Source: Albugo candida (lineage: Eukaryota). From it: 64,000 bases of DNA. Below the pieces are notes generated by a model that saw only the letters and a list, made by a program, of their open reading frames with translations, was not told where the DNA came from and searched no databases. Shown here piece after piece: positions 22,376 through 35,610 of this stretch. Positions within the stretch are counted from its first letter, which is position 1. Every line of letters starts with the position of its first letter. Both the position numbers and the translations under genes were made by a program. The DNA lies in the NCBI GenBank assembly GCA_040437565.1, contig JBDOQK010000050.1, forward strand, positions 1-64,000, given 5' to 3'.

Positions 22376-25300
22376 CCTAGAAGAAGGCACCCATCCAGCA
22401 TTGCGCGGATATGTATATTATTTCCGCACCTGTAACCTGTCAGCAGTGTGACGGATTCCATCTCCAGATACCAGCTTGCCACACCATAGAGCTTCATTCT
22501 TTCAAAAAGAGCTACCTCGGGATTCAACTTCAACCTCTTATTCTGGAAAGTCTGAAAAATCGTTTGTACCCAAATGCTAACTGCGTAACCGAGTACATTA
22601 TCCAGCAATGTGATAACAGTATTGCATAGAATTCGTCAAATAGTTCCTGTACAGCCAATTGACAGTATGCATCATTATCCGTTCCTTCAATATATACGCC
22701 GAGATCAATAACGAAATGGGAACATTTCTTGCGGTTCAGTTGCAAGTGGTGATTGCCAATACCCTTTGAATGATTCCATTGAGAAAATGCTTTTTCTCCT
22801 CGCGTAACTCCAAAATACTTATCATTATTGGCATAGGCCAGACACGTCATTCCATTCGTTCATTAACCATTCGCTTTTACCATTCGCATATCGACGGTCA
22901 TTTCCAAGTTACCATTTCAAACAGCCAAAGCAGGTGAGCACCAGGTGCTTCTCTTTCTTTTGTTTACTTTATCTGCGCCCTTCAATATAGCCATATGTTC
23001 CTTCATGAATGTTCGTTGCTCACGAGATACCTCATTGCAGCGAACAGGTGCTATACCAGTCTTCCACCTTAGGGGTGTCACTGTGACGGCGAGATCTCGC
23101 CGTTAACATAACCAATGCAATCTTGCATGTCGAGCAATATCACTTCGACTTTCCGCGATGCGCTCAAACAACCCATGTATACGGCTTATTTCAGCTCTCC
23201 TTGTAGAATGTTCCGGACTTCATCTTTCTAGCAAGCCTTACGATCGCATGTCAACTGTTGTTGCCTAAAATCAGGCACACATAACACAACGTTGCTGTTG
23301 GAATGTAACGGCCGATCGTTCACAATCATATTCGCAATATTAGAATTCCAATGCCCCGAGTGCGTAGCAATATTAATCAACTTCGCGAGAAATGGGCAAC
23401 GAAAGCAGTCTTGTCTACCAAATCATTCCCATTCGGGAGTCCGCACAAGCGGAATAGTATTGAAAAGTCACTCGAAATTGATGATTCGTGTGCAACTGAT
23501 GGTAGGGATGAAGAGGATCTTGTCAAAATTCATAAAGTAGCACCTACTATCATGGACCATTGTCTTTCGATACATACGTGGTTACGGCAGCACAACATCA
23601 ATCTTGATATTCTCGACGAAACCCGTAATAATAATTACAGTGATTCCGTAAATGTGTCAACGCGTCCAAAGCCCCAACGTCTACTAGACGAGTTACTTCA
23701 TTCTATGGAAGGGCTGGAAAGTGACATGAAGATTGACATTGATTTGCTCACATCTAGAATTGAAAAATCATCAGAAAAAAGAAACATAATGCCGCTTTCT
23801 GAAGAAACAACCTCTGGTTTAATGGACTATTTTGTTATTATTGGGCCTGACGCAACCGACCTAATGACTGAAAGCCTACCAGAGAGCCAAAAAACTACAC
23901 TTGATCCAACTATTCTGTTCTCATTTCCACCTGAACAGCAATTCGCCGCTCAATGCCTAGAACATTTTTGTTTCCCTCGAGGGATACCGTTCGAAACTGA
24001 TCGAATGTAAGGTTGATTTCATTTTTGTTGATCATCGAAATGATTGCATGGTATGCGAGTAGATTTGAGCAGAAACGCGACGAACTGCAGCAACAAGATC
24101 AAAANNNNNNNNNNNNNNNNNNNNNNNNNNNNNNNNNNNNNNNNNNNNNNNNNNNNNNNNNNNNNNNNNNNNNNNNNNNNNNNNNNNNNNNNNNNNNNNN
24201 NNNNCCTAGAAGAAGGCACCCATCCAGCATTGCGCGGATATGTATATTATTTCCGCACCTGTAACCTGTCAGCAGTGTGACGGATTCCATCTCCAGATAC
24301 CAGCTTGCCACACCATAGAGCTTCATTCTTTCAAAAAGAGCTACCTCGGGATTCAACTTCAACCTCTTATTCTGGAAAGTCTGAAAAATCGTTTGTACCC
24401 AAATGCTAACTGCGTAACCGAGTACATTATCCAGCAATGTGATAACAGTATTGCATAGAATTCGTCAAATAGTTCCTGTACAGCCAATTGACAGTATGCA
24501 TCATTATCCGTTCCTTCAATATATACGCCGAGATCAATAACGAAATGGGAACATTTCTTGCGGTTCAGTTGCAAGTGGTGATTGCCAATACCCTTTGAAT
24601 GATTCCATTGAGAAAATGCTTTTTCTCCTCGCGTAACTCCAAAATACTTATCATTATTGGCATAGGCCAGACACGTCATTCCATTCGTTCATTAACCATT
24701 CGCTTTTACCATTCGCATATCGACGGTCATTTCCAAGTTACCATTTCAAACAGCCAAAGCAGGTGAGCACCAGGTGCTTCTCTTTCTTTTGTTTACTTTA
24801 TCTGCGCCCTTCAATATAGCCATATGTTCCTTCATGAATGTTCGTTGCTCACGAGATACCTCATTGCAGCGAACAGGTGCTATACCAGTCTTCCACCTTA
24901 GGGGTGTCACTGTGACGGCGAGATCTCGCCGTTAACATAACCAATGCAATCTTGCATGTCGAGCAATATCACTTCGACTTTCCGCGATGCGCTCAAACAA
25001 CCCATGTATACGGCTTATTTCAGCTCTCCTTGTAGAATGTTCCGGACTTCATCTTTCTAGCAAGCCTTACGATCGCATGTCAACTGTTGTTGCCTAAAAT
25101 CAGGCACACATAACACAACGTTGCTGTTGGAATGTAACGGCCGATCGTTCACAATCATATTCGCAATATTAGAATTCCAATGCCCCGAGTGCGTAGCAAT
25201 ATTAATCAACTTCGCGAGAAATGGGCAACGAAAGCAGTCTTGTCTACCAAATCATTCCCATTCGGGAGTCCGCACAAGCGGAATAGTATTGAAAAGTCAC

Positions 25301-25933
25301 TCGAAATTGATGATTCGTGTGCAACTGATGGTAGGGATGAAGAGGATCTTGTCAAAATTCATAAAGTAGCACCTACTATCATGGACCATTGTCTTTCGAT
25401 ACATACGTGGTTACGGCAGCACAACATCAATCTTGATATTCTCGACGAAACCCGTAATAATAATTACAGTGATTCCGTAAATGTGTCAACGCGTCCAAAG
25501 CCCCAACGTCTACTAGACGAGTTACTTCATTCTATGGAAGGGCTGGAAAGTGACATGAAGATTGACATTGATTTGCTCACATCTAGAATTGAAAAATCAT
25601 CAGAAAAAAGAAACATAATGCCGCTTTCTGAAGAAACAACCTCTGGTTTAATGGACTATTTTGTTATTATTGGGCCTGACGCAACCGACCTAATGACTGA
25701 AAGCCTACCAGAGAGCCAAAAAACTACACTTGATCCAACTATTCTGTTCTCATTTCCACCTGAACAGCAATTCGCCGCTCAATGCCTAGAACATTTTTGT
25801 TTCCCTCGAGGGATACCGTTCGAAACTGATCGAATGTAAGGTTGATTTCATTTTTGTTGATCATCGAAATGATTGCATGGTATGCGAGTAGATTTGAGCA
25901 GAAACGCGACGAACTGCAGCAACAAGATCAAAA
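22376..25933. repeat. Gap-flanking duplication (22376-24104 = 24205-25933); 23351-24104 is a false partial copy of the DENN gene
   Basis: Identical ORFs at a 1829-bp offset across the N100. Confidence 0.93.
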
Positions 25934-27221
25934 ATACTTTGTTTTGATCTTGTCCGGTGGAGGATCGCAGGGTCAGAATATACAATATGCTTGCTGTCTA
26001 CAGCGATCGGTGGGAATCGTGCTACCGAAACATGGCCTGATTAGAAGTGTTCAAGTCTGTTACTGCGTCATCACTCGGAAGCCTGTATTATCTTTCTTTG
26101 AAGAAGTTTTATCGCACATTGCGTGTATGCATGCCGACGACTGCGAAAAAGGAAAGCCGGAGCATCTTCTCAATGTGGTTTCTGATAAGGTGTGCTATAA
26201 ATTACGAGATTGTATTTGTACTTTATTGTGCATAACGCTTCTCTTATTTAATCCCACCAGTATGTGCAGTCTTTATGCGATAGTCTCAGTAAGCTGATAC
26301 ATTCACAACCACGAAACGACAACCAGCCACAAGTAATTCACCTGTTCTCGGATCGAACCCCGTTCGTGTTAGACAGCCCACACGCAGACCAAGGAGTCGA
26401 TACAGACACATGCGCAGTGCTTCATTGGGGACTTCTGCCGCTTTTATCGTATATGAATGTTGATCGCATGATCGAGATACTAGGATATCTTTTGAGAGAA
26501 ATGAAGGTCATTATAGTTTGTGATGATTCAACACGTCTTTCATCATGTATGATCACTCTTTCTGCTCTTCTTTGGCCACTCAAATGGGCCGGCCCAATCG
26601 TCATCAATCTTCCACCCTTTCTAGCCGATTATTTAGATGTAGGTGCTCGTTTAGCCGAGGATGTAGTATTCTTGGCTAAAATGCACCACTTTGTAGGCTC
26701 CTGTTCCAATATTTTGTGGCCTCGATCGATTGCCACGAGGCTTCGAGCCATCCAGTAGCACAGTTTTGATTCATCTCGACAAAGGAACCAACAGAACATG
26801 TGAAGATTTTAGCCGGCTTGGTCCACCTCAATGTTGGTTACCAAAGATGAAATCTCTCTGCGATGATTTGAAGTACTTGGCAAGCTTTATCGAAACTGAA
26901 CCAAGCGAAGAGAATCTATTCAGTACCTCAGCAGTTATAGACGTGATGTGTCGTCGTGTACGCCTTCAAGTAGAAGATTGGGTACATATGAGGGAGGAAG
27001 ACACGGATTGTAGCATTCGTGAATCCATTCATATTTTTTCAAGACATTTGAAGCAAACTCAAATGTGTCAAAGATACCATGACGACAATCATATTCGGCA
27101 CGATGAAACTCAAATCAGAGCTGTCCCAAATGAATGTATGCACTCTGACCCCAACAAGGAGTACCAAGTGAACGATCTTCATGATTCGTTAATACAGATT
27201 TTTGAGATGGCACTATACTGA
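25180..27221 (+). CDS. DENN-domain protein (putative Rab GEF); exons 25180-25835, 25892-26189, 26261-26638, 26697-27221
   Basis: uDENN (DYFVIIG...ILFSFP...FCFPRG) and cDENN (FVLIL, CYCVIT, LLREMKVIIV, LLWPLKW, YLD|APVPIFCG). Three frame-preserving GT-AG introns. Confidence 0.9.
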
Positions 27222-27589
27222 ACGCATGTGGTCCATTGAATTTTAGTGCAGACTTCTTCACTCCCATTTATCGGAGATGGTTTATACAGAAATAGTTTTA
27301 TTATCACTGAACTAGTAACTTTATACCGAGCATTTACTCTCTCTGAAGTTTCTGGTGCTTCTGTTAGGCACCGAGACGCGTAGTGCCGAAAACAAATTAC
27401 AGGTCAGCTACTGCGCCCACGCTCTCATTATTTATCCTATTTAGTAGTTCAAGGCCGAGCCTTGCCTTTCGTCGACTTTCATAGCTCGACTAGGTACGAA
27501 TACCGAGCATTCTAGCACTTTTAGGCAGCTAAAGCAGCAATTGCTCCTGAATCATGATTTCTGATTATCGATTTATCAAAAGTGCAGTC

Positions 27590-28738
27590 ATGCCATTATC
27601 GGACATGAGCAGTTGTTCTACCAACTTCAACTACAACTATGTATCGTATCCATCGTCAAAGTATACCCACGTCTCCCGGAAATGGCTAAGGGAGCAATTC
27701 AGCACTTAATATTCTGTTTCTCCAAAGCTTATGTCGTTGTTACTCATCCAACCAAGAGAGCTTGACAGGAAATTCCTTCTACCGTCATACTGCCCCTGAG
27801 ATTTTTATTTACTTACAACTTATGTGCCCCACCAGCGTTTCGCTTTCTATTTCAACACTTCAATGCCTTGTGTTTTGCTACTGGTTCATTCTGCAAGAAG
27901 CCAAAAATGAATTATACAAGTCTTTGGCAGGAGAAGCAGTGTAATGGAAGTAGCATGGTCTATGTATCCATTCGGCTGCTTTGTGCCCTCTGCATCTTTG
28001 CAATGCATCAAGTCGTCAGTAGATCATTTGACTATTTTCCTGCTTTCTAATCTTTTTAGTTTAGCGGTCTAGAAAGATCCAAGGAATACTCCACCTCCCT
28101 GTGCAAATGCGTGTAGAAAGTGCCAAATTGCTCAACCTCCATTTTCTCATCATTGCCATGTGTGTAAAGGATGTGTGATGGGAATGGATCATCCTTGGCC
28201 ACGTACTTGTGTTGCGCTTCAAAATTACCGTCAGAATTGATGGCAATGTCACCAGGCAGCGTATCTTGCTCCTATTGTGCTACTAGAGGTCACTATTGGC
28301 TCTTTTTTATGTACATATGCTCAGTTGCACATTCCAACTATTCTTTTAATCCAATTTGCCACAGCGCAACGGCAAGGGACGCCATCAACCGATTGTTAAG
28401 CTTAATTATTCCCAATAGAGACTGCAACATACGCAGGCCGCATCTGTTTTCCTCACGTGTACACTCGTTGCTTGTGCTACGATGTTTAGTGAATTGGGCA
28501 TGTCCATTTGGAATGTAGGAAACAAACAACAATTGAGTTTCGCGCAAAGAAACCCTACAATCAAGCTACAATGTCACAAATCATTGAGACAATACCGAGG
28601 AACTTGCAGAAGCGCTTCGCCACTGAAGCATGCTCAGGTGGGAAGCCCTCACAGACGTGGTGGTTTCGTTTATTCATTTGGCCATTCTTCGAGATTAAGC
28701 GAGGTATGCAGAAAAAGTCGATCGTTTCCAGTTTCTAG
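27590..28738 (+). pseudogene. DHHC-type palmitoyltransferase homologue with a degenerate active site
   Basis: CRKCQIAQPPFSHHCHVCKGCVMGMDHPWP (28112-28201). The downstream TTIE motif lies in a shifted frame. The 5' boundary is uncertain. Confidence 0.75.
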
Positions 28739-29627
28739 TTGGTGTGGATCTGTGATATGATTTTATGTACAGATTTACAGATTTTTTTTGCTCGGCACCA
28801 AATCTGTTTCACACATTTCGGACACAATAAACCATTTGCAGAGTATGATTACAAAGCAAGCGCTCAAGTCAGTGCTTTTCGATCGGTTAAATAAGTGTAC
28901 TTATCAATTCTTTATCGACCTGCAACGAGTGAGAGTCTGCTGTAATCACGTTCAAACAGACCAAAATTGATTTCAATTGTAAGCAGTTGAAACGGTTCGT
29001 TCCATTAGAGATGGAAATCATCACTTATAGGACGCAAGATGCCGGTTTTTAGGCATCGTGATCTTAAGTGAGTTCAATGTTTGCATGATGAGAAGCAACT
29101 ATGATGGAGCATGACACCACACTCGAAGTATTTGATGGAGCAAAACTTGAAGAATGTAATCGCGTTTCGGAGGCTAATGTCATTTCCATTACTACAAAGC
29201 ACTCGATGTTGTCAGATAATAATGGCAGTGATTCTTTTATTTTAAAGTGTGCAAATGAACTTGCTGTATCAATTTGCAATTCATTTGTGGTCCTTCATGA
29301 CCGCGTTAGTGGCTACAGCGCGAGTGAGATAGCGACATTTGTATTAAAATAAAAAAACTTCTAACTTCGCCCAATCATCCTACATATACTACATTGCAAG
29401 ACGATCAGGGTGAACATTCATCATAGCTCGTTTTTGGTAAAGCATTATTTGCCTTCTTTAACTATCAAGACCAATTTTCAGTTTTGTAAATAGGTGTCCA
29501 GTGATCCCTGTTTTCGGAAATTTGCTTCGGTTCATGGGTAGCTCTGTAATATATATGAAAACTGATGATAAGGTACACTGTATACCGCATGGTACCACAA
29601 TATCGGTACACACGAGGAGCCGATTTG

Positions 29628-31432
29628 ATGAATTCGATAACGCAAGCGCACGCTGACAACGACGCAACTACCGCTAACTATGCGACAGAGAAGGACCCTA
29701 TAGATTCGCTACCTGGATCTGAAACTGCAAACCACAAAAATGAACAATCTGTGTCGTTTGAATCTGCTTCCTTGAGCAATGATACTATCAAAGCTATCGC
29801 GACATCAAATAGTCCCGCAGCAACTTACGATGAGGGAAAAGATCAGATATTAAATCAATTCAAAGAGCGAAATTCGAGGATGGAAATGCTTTTAAACAAG
29901 AAAAATACTCGAATTCAAGAATTGGAAGATACGGTAATGTCTCACTGTCTTATGAGTCAGCAATTGACTATGCAAATAATGTTTGTGTGTTGAAGGAATC
30001 AAAGCTAAAGCGTCTTTTAGCAATGGCAAAACGAAGTATCGATAACAGCAAGCATGAAGTCTCCGAAAAAGACGGCTTAATCAAAGAGTTGGAAGCAGAG
30101 GTGCCTCGATATATCAGAATCCCATATATTCATAAACAATTGATAATCCGATATAGAAAGCGCAATGGAAAAACCAAATGAGAGACAATTGGGATGTGGA
30201 TACTTCCACACCCGTCCCTCGCCGAATTCTGATCAAAATCTCTCAGGGTGACTGGATTTGGTGTCTTATCGAATACGAGACTGAATCGGAAACTGTGTCG
30301 TCTTTCGGCTGGCATCGCTTCTCATCTGATAGTCATCTGGAGAGCTATACATCAAGAGTATGTGGTGAGCCCATCCATGTTCCACCCCTCTCACTACTCC
30401 CAAATCAAGTTTCTCAAATGGTACAACTACGCCTTTATAATATAAACATCTTCTCACTCGACCATTACCATAGCAAAAACAGCTCAAACAAGATCTCGAG
30501 CAAGTCCAAGAAGAATTCCGACGATACCGCGTCCGTGCAGGTGTGCTGATTGGAAATGCATTTATCATGCATTAACGTTAGATGTTGCAGAGATTACCAG
30601 GAAGCAAAAAGATTCCGAAATCCGAAAAGTGGGTGTTTTGCTTTCATTTCGCGTGTCTGCTCTAAAATTCTTTATTAATTAGATTCAAGCAGATGCAATA
30701 TCGTCACAATCTCAACAGCTTTCAGGAACTGATTTACAATGTGAACTGGAAGCCACTCGATTGCAACTCCGACGGTCATTGACAAAGCAATCGGAAGCAG
30801 AAGCTCAGGTTTTGCTCAGTTCTATCGTGTAGTCGATTTGAATACTTATAGCTCATTGCAGGTGACAAAATGGCGATTCAAAGCTGAAAAACTTGCGACT
30901 GATTATGAAAAGCTGAGTGGTGCTATGGGAGAAACAACTTTGGCAACCGAATGGCGTGAGCGCTACGAACAATTGATTGCTCAGAAAGACGCGCTAGCGA
31001 AAGAAATTGAACGGCTTGAAGCATCAAGCGCACATCCAGCGCATGCGTTGGGCGAGGTGCATCCTGTCGATTCTAGACGGACAAACTCGAGCTCGTGGCT
31101 CCCGATGGCGCGAACTCGACGACTGAGCAGTGGATCAAGCACCATAAGTGCTTTCGAGCCACCAAATGCGACAACTACCAACGAATACCTCAAAAACATT
31201 GTTTATCGTTACTTGACTACCGAACAGCTCGAGGTGGATGAGACGAATTGTTTCTTGATCAACCGTTACTGATCTGATTGTAGGCGAAAGAGCACATGGA
31301 GAAAGCAATTACTACTGTTTTGAATTTCTCATCCTGCGAGCTTGAGGCGATTCAAGTACGTATGACGCGATTACACGATATCGATCTCAATATTTCTTTT
31401 AGAAGCGGAAGCAGCAAGGATGGTTTTGGTAG
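29628..31432 (+). CDS. Coiled-coil GRIP-domain golgin, multi-exon
   Basis: Coiled-coil exons and a C-terminal EYLKNIVYRYL...|AKEHMEKAITTVLNFS..E|KRKQQGWFW*, including the GRIP Tyr and terminal aromatics. Confidence 0.85.
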
Positions 31433-32454
31433 ACACTCTTTCAAGATCGTTATCAGATCATTTTATCTCCGAACAAGTTCACGAAATCTCGATTTGATAC
31501 AGGCTAAAAGGGCCAGCGTCACAGCGCTCACATTTAGTGCAACCGTTCTCGGCTGTCGGATCATTAAAGTCACAACATCCCGATTCATGAAGCTTTACTA
31601 TCGTCATACAGGTGTGACTTTTTTGTCGCTGTCAGAGTCTGTGCCACTCGACTTATGGGGCTACTTTCCAAATTGATTTCTGATGAATGAAAACAGTGTC
31701 AGGCGCTTTAATGCGATAGAGCGCATATTATATGCGAAAGCAGGTGATTCAATGGCCCTCTGTATCACAATTGGGACAAGATCGGATGATACTTGAGAAG
31801 CTTCGTATCATGGATTTGTTGAGCGTGTGGCAACACCACCACAAAGACCGAGCGCACGTACTCAAATTACAATAGAGAACATGTATGGGCCAGAACGAAG
31901 ACCATCAATGACTTGAAGAAAGCGATTTGAATTATTTTGTTGTTCACAGTCATTGTTTGTGCAAACAAAAGATATCACTCGCCAAAACGCATGGCGCATG
32001 AAGTTGTTTGAGGGCTGCGAGGTAGAGATACATCGAAAGTCCGTATTGAAAATTGCTCCGTCCGCATGCAATAGAAACCGTGTCTTCTTACAGTATCCGA
32101 TTTCGGATAGTAATGACCGAACGCATCGCACGCTGACTCTATGAAACAAGTAATCGTATGCACGGTGACCTCTTGTTGCTGCATCCAAATCCCAAACTGA
32201 GTTGAGACGGTGATACAGTTCAAGGCACTATTTTCTCAGATGCATACATAGTATTCCGTCATTATTTGTCCTTCATGCCGAAACCTGTCTGAAACGCACA
32301 AATTGCCAATCGATCTCATTCTAAAATCGATTGTTCACCCACAAGACAGTCGACAAGCTCAGGATCCACGTGTACGCATCTTTTGACTATCGATGCAAGC
32401 GTGTTATCGACACAGAACACCCTTTGAGAATTCACTTGTATATCATCCAACACA

Positions 32455-35235
32455 TCACACTTGTTTCTTGACCACATTTGCAGTGTACGCTTCTATGATA
32501 TCGCCTGGTTCGAAATCGTTCAATTCGTCAAAACGCAAGCCGCATTCATTACCTTTGCTGATCTCATTCACTTGATCTCTATAGTGCTGCATGGACCGCA
32601 CACTCAGACCTTCTACGATTATTGTACCGTTCCGTATGAGGCGAAACGTGGAACTGACATTCAGTTTCCCGTCAATGACACGACACCCAGCAACCTTTGC
32701 AATGTTTCGACTGGAACCTGACAACGCGATCGCTTGCAAAACTTCAGCACTTCCGATAACACTTTTCTCGATAACTTGTGTCAAATTCTGTTGTAAGAGA
32801 CCTTTGATGTCTTCCAACATGTGATAAATGATATTATGTGATCGAATGGACACGTTCTTATGCACGGCTTCTTTCTCAATACTTGTTGGCTGCTTCAAGT
32901 CGAATGCGTAGATGATAGCACCAGTCGTTTCAGCAAGTGTTATATCTGAAGATGTGATAGTCCCAATATCGGAAGCGATACGCTTTATTGCGACTTCGTC
33001 AGATGGCAACGTCGCTAATAGTTCGTCAATTGCTGAGAAGGTGCCTACCGAATCGGTTTTGACGAGAATTGGTATTGTCTGTGCGACATATCCGTTGTCT
33101 CCATATTTCAGCGATGCTAAGCGTTTTTCTTCTTCTGCAGCTCTCCGTCGACGCAATTCAACTTCTTCCCATTTCTTTCGAAGGCCCATAAATCGACGAC
33201 GTCCTTGCGACTTTGTTCCATTTGTCGACTTGTCCATTCGTTCGCCCACTTCTGCAAGCAAGTTCCATTCTAACAATTCTCGACGATGCGCTACAATTTC
33301 CCGAGCCTGTTCCTCACTCTCAGCCACAATTAATGCATCTCCGGGACTCGGAAGATTTCTCAAGCCGATTAAGCGTACAGGATGTCCAGGCGTCACACGT
33401 TTCACTTGCTTTTGGTTTTGATCTAATAATGCTTTAATTTTACCATGTTCAAGACCACATGTAAAGTGTGATCCCGGTCTTAATGTGCCCCATTTTACAA
33501 CCGCATCGACTTGTGCCCCAGCACCCCGAGCAACTTGAGCTTCTAGTACAATTGCTTCGCCTTTAGCGCTATGGTCCGCACGTAGATCCTTCAGTTCTGC
33601 GTGCAGAGCAATCGTTTCTTTCAAGAGATCGAGACCATCACCTGTCCTTCCTGAGACGCATATCACAGGCGTATCACCGCCCATACTTTCCGTAGTCACA
33701 CCATAACTCATGAGCTGAGCGCTTATCCGTTCGACTGATTCACGTTCGTCACTACCATGCATATCACATTTCGTGATCGCAACGACAATGGAAATGCCAT
33801 TTTTGACAGCTTGTTCAACAACTTCGATCGTTTGAGACTGAACGCCGTCATCTGCGGATATCACTAAAAGTATTATATCCGTTGCTTCTACTCCACGCAA
33901 TCGCATGCCACTGAATACAGAGTGACCTGGAGTATCGAGAAACGTCATTGTGCTTTGCTCACCATAACGTTTGCCAAGATTCACTGAAAATGCACCAATT
34001 TTCTGTGTGATGCCACCATATTCAGACGCAGTCACATTCGATTTGCGTAGGATGTCAAGCAAGGTAGTCTTGCCGTGATCGACATGGCCCATGACGCAAA
34101 TCACGGGAGGACGAATTGGAAAAGCAGAGCAGTCTTCTGGTGGTATTGTCAATTCCGCGTCGGTAAACTCGGGAGGTAAGAGAATTGGGATCATATTCAT
34201 CGATTCAACGACCACTTCAGCAATGTGATTTGTGATGACGGAATCTTCCTTCAGTTTCCGCTCGCCAAGGTCCTTGAGTTCCCTCAACACGTAGCTACAT
34301 TTCGTACACATTCGGGAAGCCAAATCTTTAACAGTAAGATGCGGTGGTATTTCTACTTCACGTAACTCATTACTATAGGAGCCATTTTGCGTTTTCATCG
34401 GTTCAGAAAAAGTACGATTGTTTGGTTTGTCTTTGATAGCACCCGACTTTTTCCGACTTGGTTTCCACTCGACGTGGTCAAAGAGGTCGGCATTTTTGTC
34501 AAAAATGCTGTGTTCGAAATTGAAGTTTTTGAGTAAAGACCTCGATTTCTTGGGTTTTCCTGATCGTCTTTCATCTCGATTTTGTGATGATGAAGCATAT
34601 TCTCTTCCCTTGTTGTCATCTGTTTCATCAAAACGCTCGGAAAAATGATCATTTGGCTTTTGTATAAATCCATTTGTGTGTCCCTTTTTCTTTTTAAACG
34701 ATTGGTAGTCTGCATCATGTCGCTTGTGTGCTCCGTTGGCTTTATACGAATTGAGAGAATCAACTTTCCTGTTTTGATTACGAGTCATTGAACTGCTTTT
34801 TGAAGAATTAGCTTTGACGGAATGTTTCTTTGGCAAGCGTGATTGTGTCGAATCCTCATCACAACTTGATTCCTGAAAAGTCAATAAATTACGAAATTTA
34901 CTCGTAGACTTGACTTCCAGGATCTCATTGCTGCTTCTGAATGGTTCCGTCCCCCGTCCTGCGCCTTTGATACTTTTTTTATGCGCGTACTTGTACTGTG
35001 CCTTTCGATTATCGCGCTGGATGATACTTTTGTTTGTAGTGCTAAAGGCAGCGTAACGGAATCGGCACCATAATTGATCTCTTCGAATCCCATTAAAGCT
35101 CGTCGTTGCGTCTCGCACGGCGAGAGGAAGAGCTCTTCCAAGCGCTACATTACGGAAATTTGTACTTGTTGTAATGCTTTTGACGCGATGCAATGCAAGA
35201 GATAATCGTGATAAACCATGTTGTGTGATTTGCAT
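32455..35235 (-). CDS. MTIF2: Translation initiation factor IF-2, bacterial type (probably mitochondrial)
   Basis: 926-aa ORF with RPPVICVMGHVDHGKTTLLD, GGITQKIGAF, FLDTPGH, MGGDTP and VAGCRV...GNECGL, plus a basic presequence-like N-terminus. Confidence 0.95.
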   Translation of the reverse strand: MQITQHGLSRLSLALHRVKSITTSTNFRNVALGRALPLAVRDATTSFNGIRRDQLWCRFRYAAFSTTNKSIIQRDNRKAQYKYAHKKSIKGAGRGTEPFRSSNEILEVKSTSKFRNLLTFQESSCDEDSTQSRLPKKHSVKANSSKSSSMTRNQNRKVDSLNSYKANGAHKRHDADYQSFKKKKGHTNGFIQKPNDHFSERFDETDDNKGREYASSSQNRDERRSGKPKKSRSLLKNFNFEHSIFDKNADLFDHVEWKPSRKKSGAIKDKPNNRTFSEPMKTQNGSYSNELREVEIPPHLTVKDLASRMCTKCSYVLRELKDLGERKLKEDSVITNHIAEVVVESMNMIPILLPPEFTDAELTIPPEDCSAFPIRPPVICVMGHVDHGKTTLLDILRKSNVTASEYGGITQKIGAFSVNLGKRYGEQSTMTFLDTPGHSVFSGMRLRGVEATDIILLVISADDGVQSQTIEVVEQAVKNGISIVVAITKCDMHGSDERESVERISAQLMSYGVTTESMGGDTPVICVSGRTGDGLDLLKETIALHAELKDLRADHSAKGEAIVLEAQVARGAGAQVDAVVKWGTLRPGSHFTCGLEHGKIKALLDQNQKQVKRVTPGHPVRLIGLRNLPSPGDALIVAESEEQAREIVAHRRELLEWNLLAEVGERMDKSTNGTKSQGRRRFMGLRKKWEEVELRRRRAAEEEKRLASLKYGDNGYVAQTIPILVKTDSVGTFSAIDELLATLPSDEVAIKRIASDIGTITSSDITLAETTGAIIYAFDLKQPTSIEKEAVHKNVSIRSHNIIYHMLEDIKGLLQQNLTQVIEKSVIGSAEVLQAIALSGSSRNIAKVAGCRVIDGKLNVSSTFRLIRNGTIIVEGLSVRSMQHYRDQVNEISKGNECGLRFDELNDFEPGDIIEAYTANVVKKQV

Positions 35236-35610
35236 AGTTGTGATCTCTATGGAAATAGAAAGAGATTGTCGACGGAAGCGTAGCCACTGCTTGCGAGCTG
35301 AGCTGATACTATGTATCGAGTCGCTAAGTTGGGAGCTGATCCCTATTTTAATGTTATTTGACTAAATTATGATCAGTTCCTCAATGGCTCAAATGGTGCT
35401 AAAGCAATAAAACACTCCAAGAAACTTTCATAATTTTGAGGATAATTATATGATGTGTGCAAACATGACAATGATAATTTCCGTAAGCAGAGGTGATTCG
35501 CCTCAGTATCATCCCTTATTTCGCATGAATGGCAGCTTCGATGTAAGAACACGTGAGGCTTGCTCAAACAACGTGAATGCCAACATGATGAATCGTTGTT
35601 GTCTCATGTA

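Noticed and set aside
22530..22850. MORN-like ORF (YANNDKYFG)
   Set aside because: A single weak motif with no repeats and no supportable gene model.
23351..24104. Second DENN gene copy
   Set aside because: Identical to 25180-25933 and ends at a gap; it is an assembly overlap.
32455..35235. Intronless bacterial-like infB as horizontal transfer or contamination; TKCD instead of NKxD
   Set aside because: It has a presequence-like N-terminus and sits among intron-containing genes, as expected for mitochondrial IF2. A single G4 substitution is too weak to call unusual.
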